Shown here piece after piece: positions 57,973-64,000 of a stretch of DNA of 64,000 bases. The DNA is taken from positions 1-64,000 of the forward strand of contig JAPMXV010000007.1 in assembly GCA_026936335.1 (NCBI GenBank), in the 5' to 3' direction. The notes under the pieces were generated by a model. That model ran no database searches. It was not told the origin of the DNA and saw nothing but the letters and a program-made list of their open reading frames with translations. Origin of the DNA: Mantamonas sphyraenae STR306 (taxonomy: Eukaryota; Protista; CRuMs). The first letter of the stretch is position 1, and the number at the start of each line of letters is the position of its first letter. A program made the translations under genes and the position numbers.

Positions 57973-59051
57973 CTACGAGTTACAGCCGCTGCAGATCGAC
58001 GACGACGAGTCCTGATCCTTCTCCTCGATGACCGAAGTGGTAGTTTGGTGTTGGTTTTCTTCGGCCACCTCGAGCACGCGGTCGACAAGGCTATCAAAGG
58101 CTTCGTTGATGTTGAGGTCGTCCTGTGCCGAGGTTTCAAACCAGCCAGCAAACTTGTTGGCTTGGCAAAACTCATCCAAATGCTCACGGTCAAGCTTGGC
58201 GTCGGGTCGGTCACACTGTGTTGGCAAAGGCAGGGGACAATGTGGCGAGAAAAGAGCGAGGGAGCGCAGGATTGCGTCGTTGTGCGGAATGGCCGTGGTG
58301 TGGGTCAGCGTGTGCACGAGGACAGAGTGGGTGCGCGAACGACATACCTTGTTGGCGAGTAGAATCGTTGGAATTGGTTCGTTGTTGGCTAGCAGGACCT
58401 TGGAGTCGACGTCGGCCTTCCACTTCTTGACGCCCTCTAGTGTGGACGGGCGGGAAAGGTCAAAGACAACCACACAGCCGATGGCGAATCGGTAGTAGGC
58501 GCGAGTCATGGATCCAAAGCGTTCTGTGGGGCGTGTGACGGTGGGGCACAAGCGACGTTAGCACGGACGGCGCTGGTTGCCGAGGGGCGCGTTGGAATTG
58601 CAAGCCGTTGGCGTGTACGTACCGTGGCCTGCAATGTCCCAGATCTGCAGCAAGGCGAACGCAGGACACATGGAAGGGCGAACGACACAGGTAGGGGCGA
58701 GGATGGCGTGAGTGTGCACGTCGCGGCTGCGCTTTTTCGGTGCCGAGTGAAGCAAAGGCAAAAGGCCGCCGCTTGGCAAACACACCTGCAGGGAAATCTT
58801 GCCCTGGTCACGCTGCAGGGTCTTCAGAGCAAAGTCGACGCCGATGGTCAATTTGTAATTCGGCGTAAACACGCCCGCGGTGTATCTGCGGATCACAGAG
58901 GTCTTTCCCACCGCATAGTCGCCGACGACAATAATCTGCACATGGGGCCGGGCTGTGTCAGGGTGTGTTTGTCACCACGCAAAAGACACCCAACCACAGA
59001 AAAACCAACTTTATACAAACGATCCTCCTCCTCTTCATCTTCTAGACTCAT
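57973..59051 (-). CDS. RAB32: Rab32/38-family GTPase
   Basis: Exons 59051..59010, 58935..58786, 58644..58623, 58523..58348, 58215..57973. GDYAVGKTS, YKLTIGVDFALK, WDIAGHERFGSMTRAYYR, LLANKCD, WFETSA, C-terminal cysteines. Alternative in-frame ATG at 59093. Confidence 0.93.
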
Positions 59052-59064
59052 GGCGTTGGCCTCG

Positions 59065-59716
59065 TCATTGGCCACCGGCTTGATCGTCGTCATCCTTGGC
59101 GGAGTTCTTGTTGGTTCTGCTGTCGCCGCGCTGCACAATCATGGCTCGCCTCTTGAGCTGCTGTACATTGGCGGTCAATTGGACCATGGATTTCCATTCG
59201 TTGGGTGCGCCTGCGTTTATGTGTATGTGTGTGTGTGTGAGAGAGAGAGCGGAAACGCAAGTGGAAGAGGGGGAGCAAAGTCGACGTGGTGCACAGGGCA
59301 ATGTGAGGCACCGCACACACACAAAGAGGCCACGTACGCTCTTCCTGGGCCTGTAAATCGGCTTCAGCCTGCTTCAGGTCTTGGTCAATCTCGTGCTGGC
59401 GCTGTTGCCGTTGCTCGGCAGACATGGTGGCGACGTCGTTGACTTCCCATTCCTCAAACAAGTTCAGCAGTGCACGGTCACGCCTGTCCTTGCACTCCAC
59501 CATGGCAATGAGCTCTTCTTGGCAAAATGCATCGCTGTCGAAACGCACGGCGCAGCGTACGAGCTTGCGGAGTTCTTCAGCGCACAGATCAATGCCCGCT
59601 TCTTCAATGTACCCGCGTGGGAGCTGACGAGGCACCTGGGGACTCGGCTGCGCCATGAGGTCGTCACTGGAGTACAAGCGGCCGAGTTCAGGGTCCTCGT
59701 CAATGTCTGTGGACAT
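59065..59716 (-). CDS. Hypothetical protein of about 175 aa with coiled coil
   Basis: Exons 59716..59338 and 59210..59065 (GTACGT...CGCAG intron, phase-consistent); protein-like composition, no family recognised. Confidence 0.7.
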
Positions 59717-59768
59717 GGGGCTGGGTGTGAAGGGATTGCGCTGGCCAAGGCACCGGAGACCCTGAAGG

Positions 59769-61546
59769 ATGAGCAGCAGCAGCAGCAGCAGCAGCAGCAG
59801 TGACGACGAACAGTCCTGGACAGACAAGTACGAGCATGCACAGAGTGTCGAGGCCGAGGCGGCTGATGACGCCGCTGCTGCGTATGTGGAGATTCTTGAA
59901 CACGGTGCGTTGTGGGTGAGGCGGAAAGGGAGAGCAGCCAGAGTCGCCCATGTGTTCCGACGGCTCCTGGGACCCAGGCATGTGCACAGGGACGCAAACA
60001 ACCTGCGCACAGGGGACCTATGAGGTCGTGTGGTATGCATTGTGTGCCTGCACTGCACTGTGGCGGGAGCAAGGGTCGACCCGGAACGCAGAGGCGCGCA
60101 AGTCGCAATTCCGGCTTTTGCGCTGACACACACGAGGATGGGTTGCGCGGGACTCGCAGCATGGGACGCAGAGAACGACCTGGAAGAATTCACAGAGTAT
60201 ATCAAGGTGCAGGAAAAGAGTTTCACGGCTCTGGGCAAGCTGTACGCCAAGCAGAAGCAGACGGACAAGGTCGCGTCGATGCTCAGCGACTACAGCGTCT
60301 TCCTGGAGAGCATCCCCAAGGCAAAGACAGCCAAGCTGGGTGAGTGTGTGTGTGTGTGTGGCGTGATCTGCACGCATATCCTGGTGTGGGGCGTGTGACG
60401 CGGACGTGTGTGGGATGTGCAGAGGTCATGCGTGCTGCCAGGGAAGAAACGGCGCCAAAACCCTCTGGGGCGGCTGTGGAGGCGTGAGAAGGAGGAGCTG
60501 ACACAGACGAGCGTGCGCATGTGCCACAAACGCAAACAGTGCGTGACCTGTTGACGCTGATGGCGGAGATCCCAGACACACTGCTGAGGCAGATCGAGCT
60601 GTGCAAAGAGTGCATCGAATGGGCAAACACACAGAAGCGCAAGTACTTGAGGCAGCGCATCGAGGCGCGTCTGGCGGCGCTGCATCTGGAAGCCAAACAG
60701 TACACATTGGCTCTGGAGCTGCTTGCACGTCTGCTGGGCGAAGTGAAGCGCCTGGACGACAAACTGCTGCTGGTGGAGATCCAACTGGTCGAGTCGCGAG
60801 TGCACTATGCTTTGCGCAACGGACCCAAGGCCAAGGCATCGTTGGTGGCAGCTCGCACGGCAGCACATGCCATCTACTGCCCGCCCATGCTGCAGGCAGA
60901 AATCGACATGCAGTCGGGCGTGCTGCACGCTGAGGAGAAGGACTACAAGACAGCCTACTCATACTTCTTCGAGTGCTTCGAGGGCTACAACTCCATCGGG
61001 GAAAACGACCAGGCGGTGCTTGCGCTCAAGTACATGCTGCTGACCAAGGTGATGACAGGCAACACCGAGGACGTGTACGCGATCATCGACGGCAAGCTGG
61101 CCCTCAAGTACGCGGGCCGAGAGGTGGACGCCATGCGTGCTGTGGCCACGGCGCACAAAAACCGCTCGCTGCACGAGTTTGAAGAGATGCTGGACAAGTA
61201 CGACGACCAGCTGCGCAAGGATGCCATTGTGGAAAGCCATCTGGCGCAGCTGTACGACAACCTGCTGGAGCAGAACCTGCAGCGCATCATCGAGCCGTAC
61301 AGCAAGGTGGAGATCGACCACGTGGCTTCCGTCATCGACTTGCCTCTTGAAAAGGTGGAAGCCAAGCTGTCGCAGATGATCCTGGACAAACGATTTGCAG
61401 GCACCCTGGACCAGGGTGCAGGCTGCCTTATCATCTTTGACCAGGAGGACGACGATGCAACCTACACCGCTGCCCTTGAGACCATGAACAACATGAGCAA
61501 TGTCGTGGAAAGCCTTCGCGAGCGTGCCAAAGCTCTGGACGGGTAG
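59769..61546 (+). CDS. RPN6: 26S proteasome lid subunit RPN6 (PSMD11)
   Basis: Exons 59769..59904, 60160..60339, 60540..61546. IPKAKTAKLVR, KRLDDKLLLVEIQLVES, AIYCPP, DMQSGVLHAEEKDYKTAYSYFFE, KLSQMILDK, GTLDQG. Confidence 0.97.
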
Positions 61547-61708
61547 AGGATTGGACAAAAAGGTGCGATGGATGGGGGGTTTGAACATGGACAATGGAGA
61601 CTATGTGTGTGTGTGTGTGTGTCGTGTCAGACACACCTCCATGACGGTGCAAAGCATGCGAAGGAAGCTGCCGCGCCGCTTTGGCCAGACCTGCCCAGAA
61701 CACTCAAC

Positions 61709-63055
61709 ATGAGCAGCGATGACGCACAAGAGGTGACGTTGGACGGTATGACGTTGCATGAACTGGAACCGGAGAACCAAAGCGTGATGCGTCAGTTCCG
61801 CTGGGCGCACAAGGAAGTGTACGCAGACCTGGACCATCCAGACCCTCGCGAACGGTATCTTCATGCCATCACCACAACCACCATGAAGAAGGAGGCCATG
61901 TCGACCATGTGGCAACTGCGTGACCGTAGCGCGTACCATGTGGAGAACCGTTACGCGCGTTGGCTGCTCGCCTTGTGTGGTTTGGCGTATCCAGACACGG
62001 ACAATTTGTGGGTTCGTCGCCTTCAGCTTTTGTGGACGCTTTTTGGCCAGCTGATCCTGTGGAAGTACGTCATATTCACAGTATACTCCGTCACGGAATG
62101 CGGACGCCAGGGTCTGTTCAACTACATTTCAATCATCGGCAACGCGGTGGTTGCCGTGACCCACCTCACGGGCTTCATTGCGCTCGAGTTCACCGTGACC
62201 CAGGAGAGCATCTTTGGCGTGCTGCTGTACGAAAAGAGCGTGGCTGCGCACCAGAAGCTTGTCAACTGGCTTACGGTTGGATCTGCTCTCTTTCTGATCG
62301 GCGCCACGTCCTACAGCATCTACTTCCCAGTGGCCAACACCACGACCTCGTACGCCTGCGAGTACGCGTTTTACTCGGGCCGTGCCAGCTGGATCATCTT
62401 CAATCTGTGTCCCCTCTTCTTCTTCTTTGGTGCAGTGTGTGTCTATCCTGTTTACGGCTTCATCTTCCTGTACGGCCTGCTGCAAAACACCGTCGAGATG
62501 GACAACGAGCTGTTTGAACAGTGGAGCGACAAGCGCAACTGTTTCCGCGAACCCGTGTTTGAAAACTCCCAGCGTTTCCTGAACGAGTTTCGCCTGATGC
62601 ACGGCGTGATCCGTTGGCTCAGCCAGGTATTGACCTTGCCGCTGGCCTGGGGCATCTTTGCCCTCGGCTCCATGACCGTCTTCCTCGCCTTTTTCGTCCT
62701 CTTTGTCAACGACGGATCGCAAACCACACGTGCTTCCACAGGAACGCTTGCTCTGCTGGACTTTATCCTTGGTTTCTTGCTGGTGTTGGTCCTGGCAACG
62801 CCTGCGGCCATCACCAGCAAGCTCCGTCGCGCCCTGACCCTCGTCCGCGCGGGCAAGTATGACCACAGCACGCAAGAGGCACGCTCCCAGTACCTCGTCC
62901 TGCAGACAGAGATCGCCAACTTCACTCAAGTCTGTGGCTTCGAAGTTGCCACGGTGACCATCACGCCTGGGATTGTCATCCAGCTCATCCAGCTCCTCAC
63001 CACCATGACCATCTTTCTGGCTACAAACAGTATATCGAGTGGAAGTTCGCTTTGA
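61709..63055 (+). CDS. Gustatory-receptor-like (GRL / 7TM ion channel superfamily) protein
   Basis: About 7 TM helices, cytoplasmic-type N-terminus, C-terminal CGFEVATVTITPGIVIQLIQLLTTMTIFL resembling the GR TM7 signature. Confidence 0.7.
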   Translation: MSSDDAQEVTLDGMTLHELEPENQSVMRQFRWAHKEVYADLDHPDPRERYLHAITTTTMKKEAMSTMWQLRDRSAYHVENRYARWLLALCGLAYPDTDNLWVRRLQLLWTLFGQLILWKYVIFTVYSVTECGRQGLFNYISIIGNAVVAVTHLTGFIALEFTVTQESIFGVLLYEKSVAAHQKLVNWLTVGSALFLIGATSYSIYFPVANTTTSYACEYAFYSGRASWIIFNLCPLFFFFGAVCVYPVYGFIFLYGLLQNTVEMDNELFEQWSDKRNCFREPVFENSQRFLNEFRLMHGVIRWLSQVLTLPLAWGIFALGSMTVFLAFFVLFVNDGSQTTRASTGTLALLDFILGFLLVLVLATPAAITSKLRRALTLVRAGKYDHSTQEARSQYLVLQTEIANFTQVCGFEVATVTITPGIVIQLIQLLTTMTIFLATNSISSGSSL

Positions 63056-63128
63056 AGCAGCGAGGACCGAGAGAGAAGGTGGGCAGGGTGAAGAGACTGC
63101 GTTCGCCCGGCCACCAAAATCAAATCCC

Positions 63129-63722
63129 ATGTCTTCTGACCAACCGCATGAAACAAGCCAAGAGAGCGACGAGGGCTTCTCCCTCGAGCTGCAGGACCGC
63201 ATCTCGCGCCAGCTGGGCACCTTTGGCTTCCAGGCCGTGGGCAAGCTGATGAAGATGCGTGTGCTGATCTCGGGCATGACTGCCTTGGGCGTGGAGACGG
63301 CCAAGAACCTCATCCTGGCCGGCCCCAAGTCTGTGACGGTGCATGACAACACGCTTGCTACCAAAGCAGACCTTGGCGCAAACTACTTCCTGCGTGAGGA
63401 TGACATTGGCACTGCACGAGGCGCAGCTGTCGTCAACCGCCTCGCCGAGCTGAACGACTTTTGCAAGGTCTCCCACCACGACGGCGACCTGTCGACCGAG
63501 TTCTTTCTGGCCAACTTTGACGTTGTTGTCATCACGGAGGTGCAGAACCCGGCCGTGCTGTCTGCCTGGAACGAGGCTTGCCGTGCCGCAGACATCGGCT
63601 TCATTGTCGCAAACTCCTACGGCCTTTCGGGCTTCACCTTTGTCGACTTTGGCGACAACTTCATGACCTTTGACCGCAACGGTGTGCCGCCCCGCCAGTT
63701 TATCGTCACCAACATCACCCAG
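63129..63722 (+). CDS. UBA1: Ubiquitin-activating enzyme E1, exon 1 (gene continues beyond the window)
   Basis: SRQLGTFG...RVLISGMTALGVETAKNLILAGPKSVTVHD, RLAELN, GFTFVDFGDNF; donor CAG|GTATGT at 63723. Confidence 0.92.
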
Positions 63723-64000
63723 GTATGTTTCCCATACGCTCTACGCACCCTTGCAGCGTACGCACACCTTTGCGTCGTTGCCCTGCTTTTTGCTTTCCGT
63801 TTGCCCTTTCCCCTCGCTCCACAACCCATGCACACAGCGCTGCGCGTGGCCGCCCGGCATCGTAGTCGCTGCGTGTGCTGGTATGCGTGTAGGATGTGTG
63901 TGTGTGTGTGTGATGTGCGAGTGGGATTGTGCGGTGCAACCATGCACGTGCGGCGCGTGTTTGCCCCGGCCCTCTCTCTTGAGGCGTTTTGACGAATTCT

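Noticed and set aside
7524-63723. Non-canonical or minor-spliceosome introns, or introner-like repeated introns
   Set aside because: Every intron I could model has GT-AG ends and restores frame; I saw no shared internal sequence beyond CA/TG runs.
155-64000. tRNA or rRNA genes
   Set aside because: No cloverleaf/T-loop pattern or rRNA-like segment was noticed by eye; a covariance-model scan would be needed to exclude small RNAs.

Overview
Left end of a linear eukaryotic chromosome: a (CCCTAA)n telomere followed by about 27 very tightly packed protein-coding genes. The genome is GC-rich, uses the standard code (TGA, TAG and TAA stops all seen) and has short GT-AG spliceosomal introns. Ciliary and centriolar genes imply a flagellated protist; the species cannot be identified from this window. 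Recognisable genes: centlein-like, HGSNAT-like, DNAAF5, RPB9, SMC2, RPN7, FAM161, Tem1/Spg1, CCDC22, Mei2-like, NOP14, ZNHIT3, TOM1/THH1-like, TM9SF, a UDP-sugar dehydrogenase, Moonraker-like, a membrane U-box protein, Rab32/38-like, RPN6, a gustatory-receptor-like 7TM protein and the start of UBA1. The most unusual material is the first 7.4 kb. It holds an orphan gene built from four copies (A-B-A-B) of an unrecognised helical domain, and a membrane-anchored PLP-fold pseudoenzyme whose TGA is followed with no gap and in frame by the ATG of an HSF-LRR-ankyrin-F-box-like protein. Window-wide signals are a position-dependent C/A versus G/T strand skew that inverts between about 40 and 50 kb, intergenic gaps as small as 0-50 nt, and a recurrent AATGAA at 3' ends. 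Exon models and family assignments were made by eye from remembered motifs; no searches were run.
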